This document shows positions 11,044 through 22,089 of a stretch of DNA of 33,000 nucleotides, piece by piece (position 1 is the stretch's first letter; every line of letters starts with the position of its first letter). Source of the DNA: Dicyema japonicum. Its lineage: Eukaryota > Animalia > Dicyemida. The notes beneath the pieces are model-generated. The model was not told the DNA's origin. It worked only from the letters and a program-made list of their open reading frames with translations, and did no database searches. The position numbers and the translations under genes are program-made. Location of the stretch: contig RDEW01000042.1 of NCBI GenBank assembly GCA_011109175.1, positions 471,504-504,503 of the forward strand, given 5' to 3'.

Positions 11044-11313
11044 TTAGTTAGCTGCCGCCCACACTGCGTGGCTGTTCCCTTTCAGAATTGCTAGCGAGAT
11101 TCGCGCAAACAGCCAGCGGCGTTCGCGGAGATTTCCAGTGCATGAGGTGATCCGTTTCAGAGCAGGATCTTGAAGCGCACTTGTAATGATTGTTCTGGGC
11201 GAACGTATCTGTACATCTCACGTCCCAAATAACTGGTTTCCCGGCTTCAATGGGAAGTTGGTCATCCCTCCCGTCTGGTCGTTTCCCGTCACTTTTGCAT
11301 AACCCGACCGGTT
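11044..11313 (-). mobile_element. CRE-type RLE relic with stop codon, copy 3
   Basis: PVGLCKSDGKRPDGRDDQLPIEAGKPVIWDVRCTDTFA, then (internal deletion) RITSCTGNLRERRWLFARISLAILKGNSHAVWAAAN*. Confidence 0.8.
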
Positions 11314-11315
11314 AT

Positions 11316-11480
11316 CGATTCTTGGATGAGGGCAATGTCCACTCTCAAATGAGACAAAAGAGATCGTAATTCCAATACTTTATTGCGGACTCCATTTACA
11401 TTTAGTTGTAGATCACTTAACGTGCAGTTGGGTCCCGGATTTGGATCTACATCACCAGACAGTAGTAGAGAGAAAATGGA
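11316..11480 (-). mobile_element. LINE ORF2 5' fragment: 2A-like peptide plus start of APE endonuclease
   Basis: SIFSLLLSGDVDPNPGP (11430-11480) followed in frame by NCTLSDLQLNVNGVRNKVLELRSLLSHLRVDIALIQES. Confidence 0.85.
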
Positions 11481-11661
11481 GGAGTTGGTAAGCCACCCTT
11501 CTGAATTTCGCAGAAAGGTAGGGAAAGTTAAACGGCTCTCTTCTATGCAGAACTTGCACTGAGCGCCACGACAACAACAGGTGAACCGTATGACGCCACG
11601 TTATTTTTACTTATTTATTTAACCCTAAGACTACTAGGAGAGATAGGTCAAAACTAACTAA

Positions 11662-11885
11662 TTAAGTGATCCCAGCTTCCAGCAACATCCGGACTCTCTT
11701 CAATTGGTCCTCTGATAATCCAACCGCACTTGGTTTAGGTGTGTCTGAACAATTGTTACAGCCATAAAGCAAGGAAGGAGATTTATTTCTTGCAGCGATA
11801 ATTAGGTCGTCCGCATAGGACAAAAACATAGTGTCCTGGTCATTGGTAGTAGGTAGGTCATGTAGAAATAGGTTGAAAAGACGTT
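11662..11885 (-). mobile_element. LINE RT fragment joined by deletion to ORF2 C-terminus
   Basis: LFNLFLHDLPTTNDQDTMFLSYADDLIIAA (YADD 11806-11817), then AVGLSEDQLKRVRMLLEAGIT*. Confidence 0.85.
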
Positions 11886-11923
11886 ATTCTTGATTTTTTG
11901 TTATTGGATTTTAAAAGATATCT

Positions 11924-12026
11924 ATAAATTTTAATAATTCATAAATATACTCAAAAATTTTAATTTTTTTATCAATAAACTAATTTGATAAATGCGTCTA
12001 GTGAGATTATCAAAAGAAAAATTAAA
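11924..12026 (+). repeat. Dispersed ~105-bp AT-rich repeat, copy B
   Basis: Aligns with 241-345. Confidence 0.85.
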
Positions 12027-12269
12027 TAATCACAGTATTTATCAATTCCAAGTCTGAAACTAGGCTTTCCACCAGAATAGGAGTACCGACAGTAATCCCT
12101 TTGCTCATGTAATTGGTAACAATGTGTGTATTCTCAGAGGTTCGGTTTGTATTCAAGGTCGATATTTTCGCGTCTATTTGGGTTGAAAAATCACAATTTA
12201 TGGGGTGTGTAGATTTTTCCCAAACACTTTCAACAGTCTCAGCTTTAACCCACTTAACGGGTCGAGCAC

Positions 12270-12700
12270 CTTTTTTTTCCTTGCAAAAATTCGCAATGTG
12301 CCCAAACTATTGACATCGGTCGCACCTTGTAACCGGTTTTCTGTATTATTCAAAACGAATTCTCTGGAACCCAAAGACTATCCCCAGTCTCACATACTCT
12401 AGACTTCAAAGTTAATTTTACAACAGGAAGACTGCGCCAGTCCTTCATAAAACGTTGGAAATAGAAACCAGGTCGTAGGGATTCTTTAAATTAAGATTCA
12501 AGTGATCATCTGAGACCCAAGAAAAGATACCCTTCACAACAACAGAGGAAGGATATAGGAAGGAAGTAGTAAAAACATGTCCATCATTACCAAATGGGGC
12601 TCTCAAGCCAAAATCATCGACAAAAGAGTCGATATTGTCTTTTGAGGCAAATTCAAGCGAAATTATGCTTAATTTTCTTAATGTAATTCGTGCCTTACTG
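12270..12700 (-). mobile_element. LINE ORF1 (gag-like) relic with CCHC zinc knuckle
   Basis: Mostly open frame (SSVVVKGIFSWVSDDHL...) ending in KPVTRCDRCQ*FGHIANFCKEK (C-x2-C-x4-H-x4-C at 12283-12324). Confidence 0.7.
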
Positions 12701-15074
12701 GCTGTCGCTGAGTTTGATAGTTTATAAAACGTTTAATCCGTCCCAAAGCCATGTTTTTTCAATTTCCAGATTCACTACAAAAAAATCATAAGCTAAGAAG
12801 ACGAAACAGATCCTCCTGATACAACAATGTCATATAGTTCATCGGTGGGTATTTCAATTTTTTAAACTTTCAAAAACGAGCCTTAAAATTTTGCTTACAT
12901 TCTGCAATCCAGATCCCTGAGTTGCAAACAGACATTGGTGATTTGGAAAGTTTGTGTTAGAAATTTCAGGTCTAGTTGCGTAGAAGATAGAAGAATCTTA
13001 AAATATATGGAATACCTCTTTGAAGGCTTAATATGATCAGTCCACTTTAGGACATTTCATAACAACCAGAAAAATCGCAACATGAAGTTATTATAACTAA
13101 TCGTAAAGGGAGAAACTAAGGAATGCTCTTAATTTCTTTGCTTTTTCTTTTTCTCGTGTGTATTTCCTTTTGACTATCCAGTTCCGCCGTAAATTTATAC
13201 TGATGACAGCGTCATTTCGTCAAGCCTAGCGAAAGGGTGTCTTTTTTATACTGGATTTCAAGGATTCGAGTGAACGGAACAACCTTGAGTTAATTATTCA
13301 AAAAGAATTTCTCAAAGATTATTTCTCTAAGAATTCCCCTCTGAATTAAATTCCGAACTACACTTTAGTTATGATTTGGCCGATTCAAGTTAGTGTAAGA
13401 CGGACTTCAATGGGTGCTCAAGCTCGTGGCGTAGATGTTGTGCGAATTTCATTCTCAAGTTGAACTTGGTGTGATTCAAGCTGTCGCTGTATCTGTAAGT
13501 TTGTGGAGAAGGATCCAGTTTTGTTTGTTTGTTTTGGAGTATTTGATAAGGGTTAACCCAATCGGTGGTCTAGAAAGGGGGCATGGTTAATTTTTATTAA
13601 TTTTGTGCTTCCTTTTACTGTGTTCTTTATGGGTAGGGAAGATAAACGTCCTCGTCTTCAAGGAGTGCTTTGATCAGTTTCGGAGTCTTTCAAGAGAGTT
13701 GCATTAAATTTCCTGGTCTTAATATTTTATTATATGTCACCATTTTGGTTTATATTGCAGTATTCGAAGTAAAATGACGATGCTCCTTATATAGTCAATA
13801 CTCCCATCATCATTCAGAACTGTTTGAACATATTCCTCTTCATTGAGAGTAATCATGTGTGAATAAAGCTAGTAGTTTAAGTCCTTATATGATTAATTAG
13901 GTTATTGCATACGCCGTTTTGCATAAATCTGAGGAAAACCGTCCGTTCTTTAACACCTATCAAAGTCGATTACTTCTGTAATCGTTTTTTAAGTGAAATT
14001 ATTCTTTTAGAGACAAAGTATAGCTGTGTGATTCAGTTGTCCAACCAGGATAATAATTAAATCATAATAAATTTGAATTAATTAAAACCATTTTATATCC
14101 CAGAAAAATGAACGATTAAGTTAGTTAAATGTTAAATTGAACTCCACAAGTTCCAAGTACATTATACTTGTTTTTAATGGCACTGCAGACTGAAATAACA
14201 TTATTAATTACGTAATTCACTTGTCGGCCTGCCGTATTTTCTAAATATATTATTTTCTAACATATACAATTTATTATCTTCGATAGATAATTGTCTAGTT
14301 GCTTCTATCTATACTAATATAATCTCATACGCCTTAGGATTATGAATGAATCAATGCAAACGATAACACTATATTATTATTAAAAATACTCATTTAAAAT
14401 AACAAAGTTGGAATAACTTTAAAAACTTGAATAACATTTATTCCTCGAGGAAAGATCTACATTAATTACAAAAAATACAATTCAAGTAATGATAAATTTT
14501 CCGCAAATTCGATCGATATGAATTTGAGGGAATACAGTATTCAAAATCTAAATTTAAAAAAATATATAACATGTACTTAATAGTAGGTGGAATGTTTGGT
14601 TGTCTACAGATTTTAAACTTTCATCATAATAACCACAATTACTATAAATATTAATAATTGATACAAAATCTAATTCAATCTTATTAATGAAAAGTTGACA
14701 TCAGGTTCAAATTTAATATTTTGAACTTCTAATCCAATTACTTTAAAATCAGATAGGCCAGTTATCGAAACTGTACAATCATTCCAATATCTTAATAATT
14801 TATATTTAATACAGAATTTATTACTGTTAATTCGTTTGGGCAAATATTCTGTGATGTCAAAAAATCGAATGACAAGTTTAACACGAAAAAAGTGAACATC
14901 TATGAGATTAAATACCAAAATAATGAATATACGATTACCACAAGAAATAAAAATTATTACATGAATTACAGTCGTCATAATTATTTATAATTTTATTAAA
15001 TGAAGTGTTGGATTAAAAAAATAAAATTAAAAAATATTTTAATTAAATTTACACAATTAACATGGTTTTCAAAT

Positions 15075-15210
15075 TTGTTTAATAACTTTACCATAAAATT
15101 TAATAAATTTGTCAAAAATGTCTAATAACTTTGCCTTAATGTTTAATAAGTTTATCAAAATGTTTAAAAATTGTGTCAAAAAATTAATACTTTTGAATAA
15201 TGTTTAATTA
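15075..15210. repeat. Degenerate ~21-nt minisatellite, about 7 units
   Basis: taataa-like anchors at 15080, 15101, 15123, 15144, 15165, 15185 and 15205. Consensus is close to aatgtttaataantttgtcaa. Confidence 0.7.
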
Positions 15211-15269
15211 CAGGTCAATTTGCACGAAAATAAAATTTTAAGTGAATATGAAGAGGCTACGCACATTGA

Positions 15270-15500
15270 CACTTCAGAAGTCGACTCACAATAACCAATC
15301 CTTTTGTTGTCTATCTGGAAGCTGCTCTTCGTAATCTGAGAAATAAAAATTGTCCTACTTTTATCTAGGAACTAAGATATGCGTATGACCTGGATTTTGT
15401 TTTAGAAGAATGATGATAGCTATTTCTTTTTCTAACAAGAGTACTGCAGGCAAAATGAAATTATTTTTTTCAGACAAGAGTACTGCAAGTTAATTAAATT
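15270..15500 (+). mobile_element. RTE-like RT fragment (motifs 4-5)
   Basis: PFVVYLEAALRNLRNKNCPTFI*ELRYAYDLDFV resembles LF.IYLE.ALR...YADD.DF of RTE elements, with YADD decayed to YAYD. Confidence 0.5.
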
Positions 15501-16947
15501 GGTCTAATTTTAGAGAATTAGACGTGAAGTCAACACAAAGCAGTCTGAAGTAGTTAACCTGAAAATGATAAGAGAATCTTTTGCCTTCTTTAGAATCAAA
15601 TAGATGATATTGTTCCAAGTAACGAATGACCAACATTCGCTCTCTCGAATTGATTTTATGTGAAATATTAAAAAATCGAATAAGGTAATCAATTAATGAC
15701 AAAAATTTTTTGTGCGATTTTGGCTACATATCGATTATCAGGACTAAAAGATTTTTAACCTCCGATGTTCTTTTTACTTGAATGTAAAAATAGGTCATAT
15801 TTCTCCTTGACCGTAAAATTAGTCAACCGTTAAAGTTTTTTTTAAATAGACAATTGATGACTATAGATGCTCTTAGTATCCTTAATATTATTCGCAACAA
15901 ATGTAGATGCCATTGGTTTATTCTGACGTTACCACTTCTCTTATTTCAAAATCTGTGGACGTTTATGAAAACATTTCCATAATGATCTAAATGACCGAAT
16001 TAATCTGAAATCACATTAAGATATGTTTTTGAAAAAGAAAGAGTTCCTTGAGAGCAACATGATACTAGAAGGTCTGCTTCAAGACGACTAGAAATTAATC
16101 AACAAATATTGGTTGAAATGTTTATCAATGTGGTAAAATTGGCAACGTTCTGAGGACGAGGCAGTGAGAATAGCTGGCTCGCTCCGATTTGACCTTATTT
16201 TGTGTTAATGAAAATTCATTTGTGGAAGCAGAATCGATGGTTATCATCCTTTAAGCTGATTTATGGCTGTCCCCGACATGAGGTAATAACTTACATTAAA
16301 AATGCACTTTTTCTGCTGGCCACCACTAGTTTCTTCCTTTGCGATGGCGACGCCCCGAAGGGATAACGATATTCCCATTCGCTAATGGTTGAAACATTGC
16401 TTGGGGCGTTACATATGTTAAAATATACTAGTATCTCGTGGGACTGATTGTTTCCAGGTCTAATCTAAAATACCTAGCCATTAAAGTCGCTCAATATAAT
16501 AATTAATTTACTAATCGAAGATATGATTACACTAAAATGCTGACAATTAAAAATTCATGTGACTATACTGCAGGGAGCTCGTTAACTTGATGCTTTCGGT
16601 TAATCTATACGTACTTGGAAAAAAATGTGGAATGTGGCCTATTCTATGGACATCTTTTTTAGCTGAATTTTATCGAAGATTGCTGTCGACTTGTGATCGG
16701 AAACATTCAGGCTATTTGTATCTTTCACATTTGAGAGTTTTGGTTAAACGAGACTGTTGCGGGAAAACATGCTAAAGATAATTTTTGAGCTGTCTATTGT
16801 TTTCGAAAATGAGGATGGAGTATATCTTTTTATTTACATAATGCTTTTAATGTCTATTTTTATTTACAGTCCTGTTAATTAATTAGCTGATTATTATTTA
16901 GCAGCCTCAGGACCACTCAGAAAGAAAGGCAAAATAATGTCAAATTG

Positions 16948-17250
16948 TTAGGTGATCCCAATTCACGCAAGCAAACATGCCATCCAAATCCTGTGCGTCT
17001 CTATTGTTCCCACTGCCGAACGGAAATGCCGTCATTAATCCATGCAGAGGAAATCGATTGCGTGAAACAGTGAGAGGCCGAGTGGATGTCCATCTTTCTC
17101 GTCAATATGGAGAAATCCGGAACCACATATACGATTGTAGATTAAACAACTTGGTCCACTAGGAAATTTTGAGAGACAAAAGACGGATCAGCACAGTCTT
17201 AACAAGTTCATGAAATATTACGCAAATATAAGCCACAAACCTTTTATGAA
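16948..17250 (-). mobile_element. LINE ORF2 3' end (GIT* family)
   Basis: Ends RHFRSAVGTIETHRIWMACLLA*IGIT*, homologous to the ends at 11662, 22343 and 22557. Confidence 0.6.
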
Positions 17251-17339
17251 AATGGGCTTTCTTTATCTTCAATAAAACAGAAGAGATTACTTCCGATTAA
17301 CTTTATCTCTCATTCAGATATCAGTGAGGTTTAAAGAGG

Positions 17340-17680
17340 ATGAATTCTTCCCTCTCATGTGGGACAGATTCTATCCCTGGTATTTTACTAAAACATCTTG
17401 GACCTATTGCGATTGATGCAATTGACAGTGGATATATTTATCAACCAGACAAAAATACCTTTCTCGAAGAAACTGAAAATCTTGGGGATCATTTTCGACA
17501 CACAGATGTCCTTTTCATCTCACGTCGACGCTGTCGCTGAATGTTGCTCAAGAAAGCTAGGGATAATCAAAACTATTTTCGGTGGCATTGAAACCCCTTT
17601 CCCAGCTTTGAAATTGTTGTACAAACAAGTCATTGATCCATCTGTCAGCTATACTGGGGGATCAATAATATCCTAATGTG
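17340..17680 (+). mobile_element. Internally deleted LINE ORF2 (RT N-region fused to RT motif 7/thumb)
   Basis: GTDSIPGILLKHLGPIA is directly followed by KLKILGIIFDTQMSFSSHV...LKLLYKQVIDPSVSY. Confidence 0.8.
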
Positions 17681-17749
17681 GATACTTGCGAGACATAAGA
17701 AAAACCCAGCTTCATTCAGGCGTGTTTCTCTGTTACTAGCATAATGTTA

Positions 17750-18110
17750 AAAATATTGGAAATAGACTATTCCCCAATTATTAAGAACGTTGTATCAACA
17801 TGTAATTTCTGCGGTATTCATAACTGAACGGTCTTCTTCCATCCATTTAACCTCGTTGAAGTATTCCATCCGTACGGGATTCTCAAATAAACTCAGACAT
17901 ATGAAAACTGTCATCTATTTTGTAGATATTCATTAAGCGTTTGACTCCGAAAAACTTGAAAAATATTCAGTCGGATATTCCTGGACGCTTTACGGTTAGT
18001 TAACATTTTTTGGCGCTGGAAAAAAAGTGATTGTTTTGGAGATTTAAGATCGGTAACTTTTTTACAAATTGAATCTCAAGCATAGATCGGAAACTTTCTT
18101 CATGGTAAAA
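17750..18110 (+). mobile_element. Heavily decayed LINE RT core fragment
   Basis: KTVIYFVDIH*AFDS corresponds to the RT D..KAFD motif. The flanks are frameshifted. Confidence 0.5.
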
Positions 18111-18420
18111 ATAGTATCAGGTGATACAGCTGTCTCATGAAGTACCTAGTGCAAAGAGGGTATCAAAAAACACTTGTACTTTTCATTACAATAGAGTTTG
18201 TATTGGAAATCCACTTCAGAAATCAACGAAACTGAGACTTTGCTGATTACATTTTCTAACGACATCCTTTCATCATCGAGTACGTTGTTGTACTCGTATA
18301 GAGAATGTACTCGGTCAGTAAGGGTACTTAATTTCACGGAAAATTCGTCAACGTAGGATATCATATCATTTAGGTGGTCTTCCGCCGCAGAAACAAAATT
18401 TCGCTGTGTTTTATCATTCC

Positions 18421-18900
18421 TTAAGTCAATTTCAGAGAATCCCGAATGTAAAAGTCCAGATTATCCCTTATTTCTTTGATATTCGCCAATTCCTCTTCCA
18501 TGGAGTCCTCAATATTCCTCAAACGAGTAAACATCTCCAGTCTCTTCTCGTAAATATGTTTCCGCCTTTCCTGTTCATTTTGTTTATGTACAATCTGTTC
18601 TCTAAGGTTCAATAAGGATCTCCTAGCTGATCTACGTCCTCCCACTCCCTGCTAATTCTCTCCTCAGTCTCCTTTATGGTTCGACTCAGCTGACGAGAGA
18701 CTTCAACATACTGCGATATTCCGGTACGGAAACCTCAGAGACGATTCTCTCGCGATCCTTGATCTCCATCTTCAGGTCCATGGTCTCCGTAATCCGAAAG
18801 TCCAATTCATTAGTCATTGTTTCATGAACCTGAGAATTCATTACAATCGTTTGATTCTCTGTCAGTCTACCCCATTCTTCCTTTAATCGCCCAATTTCAG
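18421..18900 (-). pseudogene. Intronless coiled-coil-like coding relic, unidentified
   Basis: Three consecutive frameshifted E/K/R/L-rich frames (EIGRLKEEWGRL..., RQLSRTIKETEERISREW, RRSLLNLREQIVHKQNEQERRK...). Confidence 0.4.
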
Positions 18901-18956
18901 CGTTAAAAAACTACATTCGATATTTACTAATACTTTTTCGGGATCACTGGTCTTGT

Positions 18957-19618
18957 TTAGTGTAATAACGTGGGTAATACCCTTATCTTCCTCGCAAAAC
19001 ACATCAGACGAATGGTTTTCTCCAAACATGAGAAGGCTGGGGATATTGAGAAATGAAACTGTTCATGTGGTTTCCTACCAGCGATTCTCTCAGGTATTTT
19101 GTCAGCCGTGACTCCTTGTAGGGGACATATGTGGCTTTTTCGCACAACGAGTTAAGGACATCTTCAAATACGGACAGATTCGATCCTAGAGCAGTGTTTG
19201 TGTTCAGGTTGTCCGATTCGTTGTATATGAATGCCAGAACGAGTGTTCCAACGTCAGTACTCGCTTCATGAAGTGTAATTATGGTAATTGTGTAAATTGA
19301 ATGGCGGGGACCACTGGGGTGATCTTTGAGTGTCTCAAGTATATGATCCACATCCTTCATATGTGTTATAGTTATTTCAGTGGGGGCTTTGAGTAGATTG
19401 TAGTCATCTAATTCATCCTCCTTTATGAGGTTTTTAAGTTCCCTGTCACATAAGTGGATAGCTGATATTCGTACGGCTCTCTCTGGACAGGGCCATAACT
19501 CTGACACGATAAAAGAAAGTATCTTAGCTGAGTGATTTTCGAAAGAAATATGATGGATACTTAAAACTAGCTGAAAAAATAGTACGGAATAATGTAAAGC
19601 GAAAGCCAAAGTATTCAT
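18957..19618 (-). pseudogene. Divergent kinesin-like motor domain, frameshift near 19050
   Basis: VRISAIHLCDRELKNLI, RHSIYTITI, NLSVFEDVLNSL and YVPYKESRLTKYLRESLVGN (cf. [20 protein letters not shown]), then a frameshift to SISPAFSCLEKTIRLMCFARKI. No GxxGxGKT, SSRSH or DLAGSE. Confidence 0.75.
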
Positions 19619-19907
19619 GTGCTTATGGGAAATTTGGAAGTGCTTTTTTAACTAACTGAATAACTAAACTAATACTTTAAGGTTCTTTTTCAATAAGTAA
19701 GTGAAAATTATTCCCTGATTTAGTTTAAATCCAAAAATCAGAAATTTAAATTAATTATATAGAAAAATTATTTTTCCATTTGATTATTTTTATTAAAATA
19801 AAACAATGGAACAAACACAAGACAATTTTTTATTTTTGGTGCTCAACTTATAAAAAAACTCTATAAAATAACATCTTACATAATATGGAAATAACTCATT
19901 CATTCAG

Positions 19908-20130
19908 TTACCCATGAATAATTTTCGTTTTTTCAGCATCTCGAGGTTTTCCGGCAAGGATAGGTTCAATCGCGGGCTTAGTAGCCATTAGCTTTTTCGA
20001 CTGACAGTGAAAACACTTTATAAGAATTTTGTCGACCTCAAGTCTCGAAATTCCGTAAATTTTACTTTTGGGAGACTGCATAGTAAATCGCATCCGAAAT
20101 GGATCAATTGATGTTCATATTACTATCATG
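19908..20130 (-). mobile_element. Integrase HHCC zinc-finger fragment (Ginger/Gypsy, SCAND3/KRBA2-like)
   Basis: HQLIHFGCD (frameshift) KIYGISRLEVDKILIKCFHCQSKKLMATKPAIEPILAGKPR. Confidence 0.6.
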
Positions 20131-21169
20131 AAAATACTACCTCGATCATTTTACTTTCAGTTCTCTCTCTTGAATCGAAAAGTTCCGGTCCCTAGTAAAA
20201 ACAGTGGTTCTCTCCAATGATCAACTACTCATTTACAGCGTCCTTTTTTGGATAACTGTTATTTTCTCGACATTTGTCCATGAGATGAATGGATCTCACT
20301 AAGCCCACCAGTAAGAATTACATTCCTCGATATACTGTATTTATAACTTTCTAAGATAGGGTGTTGAGATCTTCCATATCTCTGAGAAGCTTTTAAGTAG
20401 GTCGACCTCACATTTTGCCATAGAATTTTCGATGTTCTATGAGAAGCACATGTGATTGAGTGAACAGGAAAAATTATTAAACAAAAATAATATTTAATTA
20501 TTTATTTCAATGACACTCTGAAGCTACTCATAGTAGGAGGACTCTGTGGGTAATAGGTAAGAACTGCTTGTTATCTAAGAACCTACCCAGAAAAGGACGT
20601 TCACAGTGATGGAACGATAGACTTTTGGAAAGAAATGATCCTCGCAAACTTCTTTAATTCTACGTACTTGAGTGGCAATAATGAAGACCAACTGGAGCTA
20701 AACGTTCTATTAAAGTCAATCTCCTCTACCAACAGGTCCACACTTTCGACTTATTTTGCACGAAGATAGGAAGACCTATCAGATGCATTTAAAATGCAGT
20801 CGCTATATACACCTGAGCGTTACAGACTGATTTCCTATTGGCAACTTATCTGCCACCTTTAACCTGAAACTTCCAACGAAAATGCTCGATAGGTAACATT
20901 TTCGCAATTTTAATACGTACTTGACATTCTAATAACACTGGTTTTACTGTCCCTCTGTTCCTCCCCGAGCTCATTTTTTGACATTGCCTTATCGCTTAGC
21001 CCATTTACTCCCAGTAAATCTCCAAAATGACACTGTTATCCGATTAATTAATATATGGTCTTAGATTATAAACTTGTCAGGATGAATTACTAATACACGA
21101 GTTTAAGTGTAATTAAGCACATTTTTAATTTATGTTAATAAGTGATTTAGCTAATGAACGGTTCTCTCA

Positions 21170-21440
21170 TCAGGATCTCATACAAAAATCTACAAGAATT
21201 GGGGATGTAAGATGATAGAATCTCGCTGGCACATCCTGAAGATGGAGTTGACCTAACGGAGCAATGGAAGAATACTCTTTCGCCAAATGGGCCGTTTTCG
21301 TGGAAGGGCTAGGATAACTTTGACATTCGTCTTACAAAAGGACTTAAAATTCGTAAAATGAGAATTAAAATCCGCTGACGTCCTGGACACACTAAGAACC
21401 GTAGATAATAGAAATGTGGATGAGATTGACTTCCAAATTC
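21170..21440 (+). mobile_element. RTE-like ORF 3' end
   Basis: GRFRGRARITLTFVLQKDLKFVK*ELKSADVLDTLR is homologous to KRFRGRSRTTLRVVLQNDLKAVKKTLASGDDLDSLR at 31543-31640. Confidence 0.75.
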
Positions 21441-21783
21441 GATGTCAATAAATGGCTTTCGTGGAAGTTCTAATAATACCATTTTTAGTTTCCAGTGGAT
21501 TTTATCCCATCACGACCACCTACATTCTGCCATTCTTCAATGGGGACACCGCCAGTCAATCGGGTCTCTTACTCTTTGTCATTCCCAAATGGGGACATCG
21601 TAGTCAATACGGGAAACCCATCGTCTTCAAACCAGACATACGGAAAGTCAAGACTGCTGAATCATGTTTGTGAATCGCACAACCAGCTAACAATCTCCGT
21701 CAGAAATATTAAATAAAATGTTATGGTTTAACGATGGGTTTATTCATTTAAATGAAAAATTAGTTATAAATTATCATCCAATT

Positions 21784-22030
21784 TTAGTTTGTTTTGGGTT
21801 CTTTGCGAGAATATCTGGAAGAATTGTGCAATCTAGGGTTTGGGTTAGCACTGTGGCGATTTCGACTTCTTCTGGAAGAAAAACTCATGTTGCAGCCAGG
21901 AACTGTACAAAAATGATTTTCATGCAGATGAATCGCATTCACGTGGGATTTTAAGGCTCATCTATCACAGAATGTCTTTTCACAACCTTTGCAGACAATT
22001 CTCTTCTTTCCGGACTCTTCGATGATTCCG
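21784..22030 (-). pseudogene. disco: disco/basonuclin paired C2H2 zinc fingers with premature TGA
   Basis: [61 protein letters not shown]. The TGA (21958-21960) replaces the conserved Gly of TFCDKGAL. Confidence 0.92.
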
Positions 22031-22089
22031 CCATAGTAATTTTTGCTTAACAGGCAAACTTGCACGTCTAACAAATTTACCCCCGAACT

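Noticed and set aside
13198-13250. CTGATGA...GAAA...GTC as a second hammerhead
   Set aside because: Stem II and stem III closing pairs do not form.
14670-15702. AT-rich minus ORFs of 102, 70 and 60 aa
   Set aside because: Composition-driven (F/I/N/K/L-rich) with no motif support.
16110-16145. YQCGKIG and (27720-27760, minus) TCSKIGHL as gag zinc knuckles
   Set aside because: Incomplete CCHC and too short to assign with confidence.
16400-16415. ggggcgttaca as an LTR terminus
   Set aside because: No partner LTR, PBS or PPT seen.
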